NCBI GenBank assembly: GCA_964291405.2
Contig: OZ219926.1
Location: 2,688,001-2,752,000, forward strand
Origin: Thermodesulfobacteriota bacterium
Lineage (GTDB): Bacteria; Desulfobacterota; Binatia; Bin18
Direction: 5' to 3'
DNA: 64,000 nt
Shown: one piece after another, positions 19,332 to 28,988 of the stretch
Position numbering within the stretch: the first letter of the stretch is position 1
Layout: each line of letters starts with the position of its first letter
Translations under genes and position numbers: made by a program
Notes under the pieces: generated by a model
Databases searched by the model: none
Seen by the model: the letters and a program-made list of their open reading frames with translations, nothing else
Told to the model about the DNA's origin: nothing

Positions 19332-20615
19332 ATGATCGAACGAGCCGCTATTCTGAGCACGGGGGATGAAATCACGACCGGCAAAGTCGTTGATACAAAC
19401 TCCAACTATATTGCGGATAAGCTGATCGAAGCCGGGCTAGAGGTTGCCTCGATTGTCACGGTTGGCGATGTGGCGGAACGGATCGTGTGGGCCTGGGAGC
19501 AGGCTATGGTTCACGCCGACGTGATTATTTCCACTGGTGGTATTGGGCCCACGGCGGATGACCTCACGACTGAACTGGTCGCCAAGGTCGCCGGAGTCGA
19601 GCTGACTTTTTCTGAAGAAGTCGCTGAGAATATTCGACGAATTTTTGCCTCGCTGAACCGCACCATGCCGGAGAATAATCTCAAGCAAGCCCAGTTTCCC
19701 GCCGGAGCGACCATTATTCCCAATCATCTCGGGACGGCGCCGGGCTACCGCTTGGCGCTGGAGACACCGCACGGTCACAAGCATCTGATCGTCCTGCCGG
19801 GTGTCCCGCGTGAGATGAAGCCCATGATGGAAGAAAGCGTCATCCCCTGGATTGGTGAAATGCGGGGTGGGGGTGATGTTTTTCTGACCCGGACGTTTCA
19901 GACCTTCGGCATTAGTGAGTCCGGACTGGACGAACTGGTATCCGGGGTGATTGCCGAAGACGAGGGGAAGCTGGCCTTTCGGGCCAACTTTCCACAAATT
20001 TCCATGCGAGTGACTGTCCGGGGAAAGGCAGGCGAGGTTGAGCGCCGAGTCGAAGGGCTGGCACGACGGCTACGGGAGAAAATCGGCCCGTACGTCTACG
20101 GCGAGGGCAATGTCAGCATGGAAGGCGTGGTGGGACAGTTCCTCAAAGAGCAGGGGAAAACGGTCGGTTTTGCCGAGGCATGCCCGGGTGGCCTGACCAG
20201 CCATCGCCTGACGAATGTACCGGGCAGTTCGGACTATTTCCTGGGTAGCATTATTGCCTATTCGGACAAGGCAAAAATCCAGCTGCTCAATGTCAACCCC
20301 AACACCCTGAGTCAGCACGGCGCGGTCAGCGAGGAGACAGTCAAGGAAATGGCTAGCGGCGTCCGTACCCGTCTGGGCACCGATATTGGTGTCGCGGTAA
20401 CGGGCATTGCCGGACCGGACGGCGGCACCCCGGACAAGCCGGTTGGGACTGCCTGCCTAGCGCTTGCTATGGATGGCACGCTGGTGTCGCGGCAGTATAA
20501 GCTCTGGGGCAACCGGGAGTGGATAAAAACCTTGACCTCTCAGTTGTGTCTCGACTGGGTACGGCGTGCCCTTCTTGAAATTCCTATTGCAGAATCAGGA
20601 TTTATACGTCGCTAG
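19332..20615 (+). CDS. cinA: Competence/damage-inducible protein CinA
   Basis: GDEI..G.VVDTN, GGIGPTADDLT, LPGVPREM, GAVSEE, TGIAGPDGG. Confidence 0.93.
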   Translation: MIERAAILSTGDEITTGKVVDTNSNYIADKLIEAGLEVASIVTVGDVAERIVWAWEQAMVHADVIISTGGIGPTADDLTTELVAKVAGVELTFSEEVAENIRRIFASLNRTMPENNLKQAQFPAGATIIPNHLGTAPGYRLALETPHGHKHLIVLPGVPREMKPMMEESVIPWIGEMRGGGDVFLTRTFQTFGISESGLDELVSGVIAEDEGKLAFRANFPQISMRVTVRGKAGEVERRVEGLARRLREKIGPYVYGEGNVSMEGVVGQFLKEQGKTVGFAEACPGGLTSHRLTNVPGSSDYFLGSIIAYSDKAKIQLLNVNPNTLSQHGAVSEETVKEMASGVRTRLGTDIGVAVTGIAGPDGGTPDKPVGTACLALAMDGTLVSRQYKLWGNREWIKTLTSQLCLDWVRRALLEIPIAESGFIRR

Positions 20616-20631
20616 GGAAAGAGCAGGCCCC

Positions 20632-21204
20632 GTGTTGATTCGCGCCTTCATCGCGGCTAATCTAGCTCTGTCAGTAAGCGAAGAAATGGCAAAAGTCCAG
20701 TCTGCTCTCCAAAAGGCCAAAGGCGATATCCGTTGGGTCAAACCGCAGGGATTTCATCTGACGTTTCGGTTTCTTGGAAATATCGAGCCGATTCGCGTTG
20801 CGCCCATCCTGACCGCATTGCGAGCAGCCGTGAGGCTTCACCCTCAGTTCCAAGTCCGAACGCAGGGACTCGGGGCGTTTCCTTCATTCACCCGACCACG
20901 GGTGTTATGGACACGTCTGAACGGTGATGGACTACAGGAACTGTATACAAAAATTGAGTCGGCTCTCAGCTCCTGTGGCTTTCCGCCCGAGGGCCGCGCG
21001 TTTCGCCCGCATATCACTCTGGGCCGGGTCCGCTCTCCACGTGGTTGGAACCCAGTCCTGGAAGGAATCAAGGCGTATCTACAGTACGACTTTGGGGAGA
21101 GCCCGATTGACAAAGTGACCCTGTATCAGAGTGACCTGGGGCCAGGCGGAGCAGTCTATACGCCACTTGGGGTTGCCCATCTGAATCCCACTGAAGGTGT
21201 ATGA
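20632..21204 (+). CDS. thpR: RNA 2',3'-cyclic phosphodiesterase (2H family)
   Basis: HLTFRFLG and FRPHITLGR motifs; lies between cinA and recA. Confidence 0.9.
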   Translation: MLIRAFIAANLALSVSEEMAKVQSALQKAKGDIRWVKPQGFHLTFRFLGNIEPIRVAPILTALRAAVRLHPQFQVRTQGLGAFPSFTRPRVLWTRLNGDGLQELYTKIESALSSCGFPPEGRAFRPHITLGRVRSPRGWNPVLEGIKAYLQYDFGESPIDKVTLYQSDLGPGGAVYTPLGVAHLNPTEGV

Positions 21205-21236
21205 GCCCACCGCCCACAACAGTAAGGAGTGTATAT

Positions 21237-22286
21237 ATGGCAGAGGACAGAGATCGTGAACGAGCGTTAGACTTAGCGGTCAGTCAGATCGAAAAGCAGT
21301 TTGGCAAGGGCTCGATCATGAAGCTCGGCGAGGGCGCTCTGGTGCACAACATCGCCTCGATTTCGACCGGCTCGCTGGGTTTGGACCTCGCCCTCGGTAT
21401 CGGTGGCCTCCCACGCGGCCGCGTGGTCGAGATCTACGGACCTGAATCATCGGGGAAAACCACGCTCGCTCTGCACGTCGTTGCCCAGGCCCAAAAAGCC
21501 GGAGGCTCCTGTTCCTATATCGATGCGGAACACGCCCTGGACGTGAGCTATGCCGGCAAACTTGGGGTGAAAGTTGACGAGGTGTTGATCTCGCAGCCCG
21601 ACAACGGTGAACAGGCACTCGAAATCACGGACACCTTAGTCAGAAGCGGTGCGCTGGATGTGATTGTGGTCGATTCTGTGGCTGCCCTGGTGCCCCGCTC
21701 CGAGCTCGAAGGCGATATGGGTGAGCCGCAGATGGGCCTGCAGGCCAGACTCATGTCGCAAGCGCTGCGGAAACTCGTCAGTACGATATCACGTTCGCGT
21801 ACCCTGGTCATCTTCATCAATCAAATCCGGATGAAGATCGGTGTCATGTTCGGCAATCCCGAGACCACAACCGGCGGTAACGCCCTCAAATTTTATTCCT
21901 CCGTTCGCATGGATATCCGCCGTACGGGCGCAATCAAGCAGGGCGCTCAAGTGGTTGGGAATCACACTCGAGTCAAAGTGGTCAAAAATAAGGTCGCTCC
22001 ACCGTTCAAGGAAGCGGAATTTGATATTTTGTACGGGAGCGGGATATCCAAAGAGGGTGAGCTGATCGACATTGGCGTGGACAACAATATCGTTGAAAAG
22101 GCCGGCGCCTGGTACTCTTTTGCTGGAGAGCGGATCGGCCAAGGCCGAGAGAACGCCAGGGAATATCTGCGAGACAACCCCGAAGTGTCCGCCACGATAG
22201 AGCATCAGGTCCGGGAGAAGTTTGGTCTTAGCGCTCCTCAAGCCGAAGCTACAGCGAGAGAAGAAGAGGTGACTGAGAATGCCTAG
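21237..22286 (+). CDS. recA: Recombinase RecA
   Basis: [35 protein letters not shown]. Confidence 0.99.
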   Translation: MAEDRDRERALDLAVSQIEKQFGKGSIMKLGEGALVHNIASISTGSLGLDLALGIGGLPRGRVVEIYGPESSGKTTLALHVVAQAQKAGGSCSYIDAEHALDVSYAGKLGVKVDEVLISQPDNGEQALEITDTLVRSGALDVIVVDSVAALVPRSELEGDMGEPQMGLQARLMSQALRKLVSTISRSRTLVIFINQIRMKIGVMFGNPETTTGGNALKFYSSVRMDIRRTGAIKQGAQVVGNHTRVKVVKNKVAPPFKEAEFDILYGSGISKEGELIDIGVDNNIVEKAGAWYSFAGERIGQGRENAREYLRDNPEVSATIEHQVREKFGLSAPQAEATAREEEVTENA

Positions 22287-22304
22287 CGTTGCATTCCTTT
22301 ACTT

Positions 22305-22778
22305 ATGAGTCATCCGCGTTCTTCTTCTGAGCAGACCCCGTTGCACTATGCCTATAGTCTCCTGGCACGGGGCGACTACAGCGCGGCTCGTTTACACGAG
22401 AAATTACGGCTCAAGGGGTTCACGACGCAGGCGGTGACCGCGACGGTTGATACACTGAGGGAGCGCGGCCATCTGAACGACACCCGTTTGGCGCGCGGTC
22501 TGGCCGAGCGGTTTCAGAAGCAGGGCTTTGGTCGGTGTGGGGTGCGGGCCAAGCTCCAGCAACGGGGACTCACGGACGACGTGATTGCAACCGCGCTGAG
22601 CGAGTGGGAAGAGGACACGGATATCAGGATCGCCGAGCAGCTTATCCAGCGTCGTTTCCCTTCTACCGCACTCGAAGAGCCCAAGACGCGCGCCCGCGCA
22701 TATCGATTCCTGTTACGACGAGGATACTCTGCCAGTGTTGCGGCAAGCGTGCTAGGAAGAGAAGCGTATAACGACTAG
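22305..22778 (+). CDS. recX: Regulatory protein RecX
   Basis: Follows recA; LARGDYS...L..KL, LNDTR, KL.QRG, FLLRRGY. Confidence 0.85.
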   Translation: MSHPRSSSEQTPLHYAYSLLARGDYSAARLHEKLRLKGFTTQAVTATVDTLRERGHLNDTRLARGLAERFQKQGFGRCGVRAKLQQRGLTDDVIATALSEWEEDTDIRIAEQLIQRRFPSTALEEPKTRARAYRFLLRRGYSASVAASVLGREAYND

Positions 22779-22799
22779 CGAATGGAAAGAGTAACCGCC

Positions 22800-25520
22800 A
22801 TGACAGGGAACGAGATACGCGACAGCTTCCTGCAATTCTTTGCCGACCGGGGTCATCAGATTGTCCCGAGTGCGTCTTTGATTCCAGCCAATGATCCGAC
22901 GCTGCTGTTCACCAATGCCGGGATGGTGCCGTTCAAGAATATTTTTCTCGGGGTCGAACGGCCGACCCACCGGCGTGTGGTCGATTCCCAAAAATGTTTG
23001 CGCGTCTCCGGGAAGCATAACGATCTGGAAGAAGTGGGTCGCGATACCTACCACCACACCTTCTTTGAGATGCTGGGGAACTGGTCGTTTGGCGATTACT
23101 ACAAAAAGGAAGCTATCCGCTGGGCTTGGGAATTGCTGACCGAGGTCTGGAAACTTCCCAAGCCGAAACTCTGGGCAACGGTGTATACGACAGACGACGA
23201 GGCGGACGAGTGGTGGCGGACCCAAACCGATATCAATCCGCAACAGATTTTGCGTTTTGCTGAAAAGGACAATTTCTGGGAAATGGGCGAGACCGGCCCC
23301 TGCGGACCGTGCTCGGAAATCCATATTGACCGCGGTCCGCAGGCTTGCGAGTTAGCTAATACACCGGGCCATAGCTGCGCGGTCAACGGTGGCTGTCCAC
23401 GCTATATTGAGTTATGGAATCTGGTGTTCATACAGTACAACCGCAATGCGGATCGATCCCTGGACGATCTGCCCGAGACGCATGTTGATACGGGTATGGG
23501 CTTGGAGCGCATTGTCTCCGTTCTCCAGGACGTGCCGGGCAATTACGACTCCGACCTGCTGCGCGACATCATTACCTTTACCGAGGAGTTAGGCGAAAAG
23601 CAGAAACGTGTCCTCCAATCATCCGCAAAAGCTGGACACGTTTCTGCTTTCAAGCGCTACGGCGAGACGAGTGAACAGGATGTGTCGTTTCGGGTGATTG
23701 CCGACCATGCACGTACGGCGGCCTTTGCCATTGCCGATGGCGTGGTCCCGACCAACGAGGGGCGAGGCTATGTGTTACGGCGGATTATGCGCCGCGCCTT
23801 GCGCCACGGGCGACTCCTTGGCTTTGAGGGGCCATTTTTCTCCCAGGTCGCCGGAAGCGTGACACAACTCCTGGGCTCGGCCTACTCCGAGCTGGTTGAG
23901 CGACGAGACTATCTGACCGAGGTCATACACAACGAGGAGACCCGTTTCTCGGAAACCCTGGACAAGGGCCTGGCCCTGCTCGAGCAAGAAATCCACGATT
24001 TGCGTCAGCGCAACGCTACAACCCTGTCCGGCGAAACCGCCTTTCGGTTGTATGATACCTACGGCTTCCCGCTGGATATGACCGAGGATTTTCTGTCGTC
24101 CGAAGGTTTCAGCGTTGACCACGATGAATTTCAGGCAGCCCTGGAAGAACAGCGTGCCCGTGCGCGTGGGGGGCAAAAGTTTGCTTCCGTCTCCGTTTCT
24201 GACACCATTGGCCCGCCCACTGACACTATAAGTGCTGAAACTGTAAGGACCGATTTTGTTGGTGATCGCCAGACTGAACACGAATCCGAGGTACGCATGC
24301 TGCTGGTGGACGGACAGCCCCGAACAGACGTGGTACGCGAAGGGGAAGAAGTCGATCTAATCGTTGCCGAGACGCCTTTTTATGGCGAGTCCGGGGGACA
24401 GGTCGGGGATACGGGGACGATACGAACGAGCCGTGGCGATCTCATCGAGGTGTTGGATACGCTTAAACCGCAGCCTTCGCTTATTGTGCATAAGGGCCGG
24501 GTGGTGCAGGGCGCGATGCAGACCGGGGATGCTGTGCATCTCAGTATTGACACTCCACGGCGCGAAGCCATTCGTTTGAACCATTCCGCAACACATATCA
24601 TGCATTCCGCGCTACGCGAGATTTTAGGCTCCCACGTGCGGCAGGCCGGTTCCCTGGTCACCCCGGATCGACTCCGTTTCGACTTTACACATACCAGTCC
24701 GGTCAAGGACGATGTCCTGGACGAAATCGAAAACCTGGTGAACCACCATATTCGGGAAAATGCCGCGGTGACGAGTGAGGAGATGTCCTTTACCGACGCG
24801 ATACAAAAAGGGGCCTTGGCCTTCTTTGGCGAGAAATACGGCGAGATCGTTCGGGTGTTACGGATGGGAGATTTCTCAACCGAGCTGTGCGGCGGAACCC
24901 ACGTGAGTCGGACCGGGGACGTGGGGTTGTTCAAATTCAGAGCGGAGACGGGCGTGGCGTCCGGTATCCGGCGGGTTGAGGCGGTCACAGGCGAGGGTGC
25001 TCTCAACTGGGTGCGTCAACGCGAGCACGTGCTCAAGGACATGGGCAGTATCCTGAAAGGCTCTGAGGAGGATGCGCTTGAGCGCTTGGAAAAATTGCTG
25101 AGTCGGCAACACGAGCTTGAAAAACAACTTGACCAGCTTCAGAGCCAAATCGCCGGCTCACAAAGCGACGATCTTGCTTCCCACATCCGTCAGACCAATG
25201 GGGTCAATGTGATCGCCAGTCGGGTCGAGGGCGTGGATCAGAAAGCCCTCCGGGAGATGGCGGATACGCTACGCGACAAACACCATCCCGCGGTCGTCGT
25301 TCTCGGAGCAACGAATGGGGCGAAAGTGTCGCTTCTCGCCGCGGTGAGTAAGGATTTGGTGCCGCAATATCACGCCGGAAAGATTATCAAAGAGATCGCC
25401 CCGCTGGTTGGCGGCGGTGGAGGCGGGCGGCCCGATTTCGCCCAGGCCGGAGGAAAAGATCCCAAACGCCTGGATGAAGCCCTCCAAAAGGTGTATGAGC
25501 TGATTGAAAAAGGCGCATAA
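22800..25520 (+). CDS. alaS: Alanine--tRNA ligase (contains in-frame 54-bp element)
   Basis: DPTLLFTNAGM, HHTFFEMLGNWSFGDY, NHSATH, ELCGGTH, GGGGGGRPDFAQAGG. Confidence 0.99.
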   Translation: MTGNEIRDSFLQFFADRGHQIVPSASLIPANDPTLLFTNAGMVPFKNIFLGVERPTHRRVVDSQKCLRVSGKHNDLEEVGRDTYHHTFFEMLGNWSFGDYYKKEAIRWAWELLTEVWKLPKPKLWATVYTTDDEADEWWRTQTDINPQQILRFAEKDNFWEMGETGPCGPCSEIHIDRGPQACELANTPGHSCAVNGGCPRYIELWNLVFIQYNRNADRSLDDLPETHVDTGMGLERIVSVLQDVPGNYDSDLLRDIITFTEELGEKQKRVLQSSAKAGHVSAFKRYGETSEQDVSFRVIADHARTAAFAIADGVVPTNEGRGYVLRRIMRRALRHGRLLGFEGPFFSQVAGSVTQLLGSAYSELVERRDYLTEVIHNEETRFSETLDKGLALLEQEIHDLRQRNATTLSGETAFRLYDTYGFPLDMTEDFLSSEGFSVDHDEFQAALEEQRARARGGQKFASVSVSDTIGPPTDTISAETVRTDFVGDRQTEHESEVRMLLVDGQPRTDVVREGEEVDLIVAETPFYGESGGQVGDTGTIRTSRGDLIEVLDTLKPQPSLIVHKGRVVQGAMQTGDAVHLSIDTPRREAIRLNHSATHIMHSALREILGSHVRQAGSLVTPDRLRFDFTHTSPVKDDVLDEIENLVNHHIRENAAVTSEEMSFTDAIQKGALAFFGEKYGEIVRVLRMGDFSTELCGGTHVSRTGDVGLFKFRAETGVASGIRRVEAVTGEGALNWVRQREHVLKDMGSILKGSEEDALERLEKLLSRQHELEKQLDQLQSQIAGSQSDDLASHIRQTNGVNVIASRVEGVDQKALREMADTLRDKHHPAVVVLGATNGAKVSLLAAVSKDLVPQYHAGKIIKEIAPLVGGGGGGRPDFAQAGGKDPKRLDEALQKVYELIEKGA
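23597..23650 (+). repeat. 54-bp palindromic element copy B, in-frame in alaS
   Basis: AAAGCAGAAACGTGTCC-TCCAATCATCCGCAAAAGCT-GGACACGTTTCTGCTTT; perfect 17-bp arms; reads KQKRVLQSSAKAGHVSAF. Confidence 0.97.
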
Positions 25521-25572
25521 AGCGTAATTGCTTTACGTTTTTGACGGAGGCTGCTTGGCTGAAGTAGAACAG

Positions 25573-26727
25573 GTGACAGCAGAAACATCTCATATCGAGT
25601 TTGGCAATCATCGCTTCTTACGCGATCTCCTCGGCCAGCACGACGCGCATCTGCACGGCCTGGAGAACGCGCTCGGCGTGAAAATATCCGCCTCAGGTAA
25701 CGCCCTTATCATTGCCGGAGACGAGCCCCAGCGCGACTTGGCGGGTCGGGTGGCGACCCAACTGTACGACCTCATCCAACGTGGCTATCCCGTCTATCCG
25801 AGTGATGTGGATTACGCGGTCCGCATCCTCAGCCGTGATCATACGGCGAACCTTCAGGATATTTTTCTCGACACGGTCTATGTGTCATCCAACCGCCGAA
25901 CCATTACCCCCAAGAGTCTTGTTCAGAAAGCCTACATCGATGCCATTCGCAAATACGATATTGTGTTTGGTATCGGGCCGGCTGGCACGGGCAAAACGTA
26001 TCTGGCCATGGCCGTCGCGGTTGCCGAACTCATGAAACGTAAAGTGAGCAGAGTCGTCCTCACGCGGCCTGCGGTCGAGGCTGGGGAGAAGCTGGGTTTT
26101 CTGCCGGGCGATCTAGCCGAAAAAATTAATCCCTATCTGCGGCCTTTGTATGACGCTCTGCACGACATGGTTGACTTTGATCGTGCGCAAAAAATGATTG
26201 AGCGCGGCGTGATTGAAGTGGCTCCACTGGCCTTTATGCGTGGCCGGACGCTTAATGATTCCTTTGTCATCCTGGACGAAGCGCAGAATACGACCCGCGA
26301 GCAAATGAAGATGTTCCTCACCCGATTGGGCTACGGGTCGAAAGCCGTGATTACCGGTGATATCACCCAGATCGATCTCCCCGCCGGGACGCGCTCCGGC
26401 TTAAAAGAGGCCCGACATATTCTGCGCGATGTCGATGGGATCCAATTTACGCTCTTTACCGAAAAAGACGTGGTCCGTCACCGTCTTGTCCAAGATGTGA
26501 TTACCGCCTATGAACGCGCCCAAGAAGCCCAGGAGCGCCGCGCCCAGGAAAGTCGCGCCCTCCGTCGTAACCGCCTCCAGGCCCGGTCTGAGCGTAGACA
26601 TCAACGGCACAGTACCGGGTCTGAGCCGGCCCCAGATCCGACGCTGGAGTCGAACGATCCTGCGTCACCTGAAAGTGAAACAGGCCGAGCTGAGCCTGGC
26701 CTTCGTGACGGATCAGACCATCCATGA
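25573..26727 (+). CDS. phoH: PhoH-like ATPase with long C-terminal extension
   Basis: GPAGTGKT, RPAVEAGEKLGFLPG, AFMRGRT, DEAQN; start approximate. Confidence 0.93.
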   Translation: MTAETSHIEFGNHRFLRDLLGQHDAHLHGLENALGVKISASGNALIIAGDEPQRDLAGRVATQLYDLIQRGYPVYPSDVDYAVRILSRDHTANLQDIFLDTVYVSSNRRTITPKSLVQKAYIDAIRKYDIVFGIGPAGTGKTYLAMAVAVAELMKRKVSRVVLTRPAVEAGEKLGFLPGDLAEKINPYLRPLYDALHDMVDFDRAQKMIERGVIEVAPLAFMRGRTLNDSFVILDEAQNTTREQMKMFLTRLGYGSKAVITGDITQIDLPAGTRSGLKEARHILRDVDGIQFTLFTEKDVVRHRLVQDVITAYERAQEAQERRAQESRALRRNRLQARSERRHQRHSTGSEPAPDPTLESNDPASPESETGRAEPGLRDGSDHP

Positions 26728-27022
26728 ACTGAATCGGCAGTACCGGCACAAAGACCGGCCAACGGACGTGTTGTCGTTTCCGCTGGCCGATGAACATTGT
26801 CCGACTCTGCTGGGCGATGTGGTCATCTCGGTTGACACCGCCCGTCGGCAGGCCCGGCAGAGTAAACGCGCCTTTGCCGACGAACTGCGCGCCCTGCTCA
26901 TCCACGGCATTCTGCACCTGCTGGGCTATGACCATGAAGTGTCGGAAAGCGAAGCCGTCCGCATGCGCCGAAAAGAGCGCGAACTGAAGGCCCTGTTGCG
27001 GCAATCTGGCAATGTAGATTGA
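26588..27022 (+). CDS. ybeY: rRNA maturation endoribonuclease YbeY (start uncertain)
   Basis: LNRQYR.KDRPTDVLSF, HGILHLLGYDH. Confidence 0.9.
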   Translation: MSVDINGTVPGLSRPQIRRWSRTILRHLKVKQAELSLAFVTDQTIHELNRQYRHKDRPTDVLSFPLADEHCPTLLGDVVISVDTARRQARQSKRAFADELRALLIHGILHLLGYDHEVSESEAVRMRRKERELKALLRQSGNVD

Positions 27023-27027
27023 ATCCC

Positions 27028-27273
27028 GGTAGTGTCTCAGTTTGGAATTTTTCTCCTCGCCGCCCCCTTCCTTGCTCCTCCCGGCGTCGCCGGCCATATT
27101 TTTTCACCAATCGCATCATTTTTTTGCCAAACCCCCCAATCTTGGGGGCGACAGGAGCGGCCGAATTGGGTTATGAGAATCTCTATTTCGGGGGGACTGA
27201 GACACTGAGGGAGGCGAAGTCAAAGCCCCTCATATAAGAGCGAAAGCCACAGGATTCAAACTGAGACACTACC
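27028..27273. mobile_element. MITE-like element, 246 bp, perfect 17-bp terminal inverted repeats
   Basis: GGTAGTGTCTCAGTTTG (27028-27044) ... CAAACTGAGACACTACC (27257-27273); no transposase inside. Confidence 0.8.
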
Positions 27274-27441
27274 TGAATATAGGTAGATGCTCTCTCGCAA
27301 TGGCAACTGGAGGCGTTTTTGTATGGGTATCCTGGTAGACATTTTTGACGAAGAGAGGCGACCCCTCTCTGAGAGGGGAATAATATACTTGGCTAACTCC
27401 ATCATTTTCCGAATACTTTCTGCTCAATAGAGAGGAAGAGC

Positions 27442-27948
27442 ATGAATCATGATGGACCGATACCAGAGAGGGGTAATTTCGGATGTCTCTCTCTGGCCCT
27501 CTTTTTTTTCGGTGCGTGTGGTGTTGCTATATTCTCAGCTAAGTATAGCACGTCGTACAAAGACCTCATTTTTCTCTGGGGCTTGGTTCTTGTTGCAGGG
27601 TCTATACCGTGGGGGGTCTGGCTATTCAAATGGTGGACAGACCCGAGGAATGCCCCGTCTGGATTTAAACGGTGGGCATTTGAAGCGAGGAAGGAAGAAG
27701 TGTTCTTAGACTGGTGCCAGACGCAGCAATGGTATGGCTCCGATGGCAAGAGCGATGCAGACCTCCGGAATTGGTATCGTGCCAATGTAGAGGAGCAGGT
27801 GCGGCGCCTCGGTCCGGAAGAGTTACTACAGTGGTGCCGCACCAATTTGGAAAAGAAAGGATTTTGGGAGAAGGCAGGAGCCTTTCTGGAGGGCGCCGCC
27901 GAAATCGCCTTGTTAGCAATTGGGTTCGGAGATGGAGATGACGAATAA
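27442..27948 (+). CDS. Hypothetical membrane protein
   Basis: 168-aa ORF with GAGG RBS and two N-terminal hydrophobic helices. Confidence 0.6.
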   Translation: MNHDGPIPERGNFGCLSLALFFFGACGVAIFSAKYSTSYKDLIFLWGLVLVAGSIPWGVWLFKWWTDPRNAPSGFKRWAFEARKEEVFLDWCQTQQWYGSDGKSDADLRNWYRANVEEQVRRLGPEELLQWCRTNLEKKGFWEKAGAFLEGAAEIALLAIGFGDGDDE

Positions 27949-27997
27949 GTGCCGAAAGAAACTGCCGGTGCTTCCCTGTTCTCTGGAGTATCAGGGC

Positions 27998-28156
27998 ATG
28001 GATGACATCCGCCCACGCCCACGAGAGTACGAATACACAGAAGGCAAAGACGCGGCAAGACGGTTTGAAGGGTTGGTCAAGACAGTGATGACCGCGCCGC
28101 CTGCTCAGGTTCAGAAGAGAGAGAAGGCGGGGCGGAAGAAGAATAGGAAGAGGTAA
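27998..28156 (+). CDS. Small hypothetical protein (52 aa)
   Basis: GGAG RBS; MDDIRPRPREYEYTEGKDAARRFEGLVKTVMTAPP...basic tail. Confidence 0.5.
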   Translation: MDDIRPRPREYEYTEGKDAARRFEGLVKTVMTAPPAQVQKREKAGRKKNRKR

Positions 28157-28190
28157 TTGCCGACACCCACCCAGGGTCATAGCTCATTCC

Positions 28191-28301
28191 TTAGCAGGAT
28201 TTGCTGGGTTTGGAACGCCGGTGAGGCTTAACAGTCACCGTCTTGGATCCAGGCTTAGGTGTCGTTCGCACACGCTGGACCGTACAAGGTTTCTTCGCCA
28301 T
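28191..28301 (-). CDS. Small basic protein (36 aa), not in ORF track
   Basis: AGAAAGGAG RBS 7 nt before ATG; MAKKPCTVQRVRTTPKPGSKTVTVKPHRRSKPSKSC. Confidence 0.55.
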   Translation of the reverse strand: MAKKPCTVQRVRTTPKPGSKTVTVKPHRRSKPSKSC

Positions 28302-28366
28302 AGGCATACTCCTTTCTAGCTGCATGATTTACCTGGTCGCTCAGACAGACAGCATTAAGGGTTAAT

Positions 28367-28459
28367 AGAAACTACCTCATAAATGTCTGACGGGTGCTGC
28401 TCTATAGGCCGCTGATCCTAGGCAAAAGTGGCGGCTCTCCTATTTATGAGATAGCTTCT
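28367..28459. mobile_element. Second MITE-like element, 93 bp, 18-bp imperfect terminal inverted repeats
   Basis: AGAAACTACCTCATAAAT ... ATTTATGAGATAGCTTCT (16/18 complementary). Confidence 0.65.
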
Positions 28460-28504
28460 GGCCATTCCCCAAGGCTCTCCTTTCCTTATCTCGACCAGTC
28501 CGAC

Positions 28505-28588
28505 GAAAGATACCGGATTCCGGCTTATGCTGGAATAATGAGAAAGCCGGTGCGGCCCTTCCAGGCTGGGAGAGTCCGGCTGGGCTGC
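28505..28588 (+). repeat. Direct repeat copy 1 flanking the toxin-antitoxin module
   Basis: GAAAGATACCGGATTCCGGCTTATGCTGGAAT...GTGCGGCCCTTCCAGGCTGGGAGAGTCCGGCTGGGCTGC, similar to 29406-29486. Confidence 0.85.
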
Positions 28589-28689
28589 TGTTTCCACTCT
28601 TGTCGAGCAGTCAGAGTTTCGCTGACTCCCAAGGCTCGAACTGACCGCGAGTCGTGGCAGAGCAGGGGGCTTCCATCTATTCCCGGAAC

Positions 28690-28726
28690 TTGACAATGCG
28701 AAATCCAACCAGATAATAAACTGGTT
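28690..28726 (+). promoter_or_regulatory. Sigma70-like promoter with palindromic operator for the TA operon
   Basis: TTGACA-N16-GATAAT; AACCAG-N8-CTGGTT spans the -10 box. Confidence 0.65.
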
Positions 28727-28745
28727 CTTTTCAAGGGGATATAGG

Positions 28746-28988
28746 ATGCGGAAGGTCGGCGCATTCGAGGCAAAAACGAATCTCTCGGCTCTTCTCGATG
28801 CGGTTGCGCAAGGTGAGACCATCACCATCACTAAACGCGGGCGTCCCGTGGCTCGGTTAGTGCCGCCCGAGGCGCCGGACCATTGCCGGGCCGCTGAGGC
28901 TGCCAAGAACATCCGAAAGCTGCGCGAACAGTTCGGAGGGGCCTCGATTGATGAAATACTCCAGATGCGTGACGAGGGCAGACCTTGA
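28746..28988 (+). CDS. Phd/YefM-family antitoxin
   Basis: MRKVGAFEAKTNLSALLDAV..GETITITKRGRPVARLVP. Confidence 0.92.
   Translation: MRKVGAFEAKTNLSALLDAVAQGETITITKRGRPVARLVPPEAPDHCRAAEAAKNIRKLREQFGGASIDEILQMRDEGRP

Noticed and set aside
24195-24250. Degenerate CTGACAC/CTGAAAC short repeats in alaS (SDTIGPPTDTISAETV)
   Set aside because: Weak similarity in a naturally variable linker, and unrelated to the 54-bp element.
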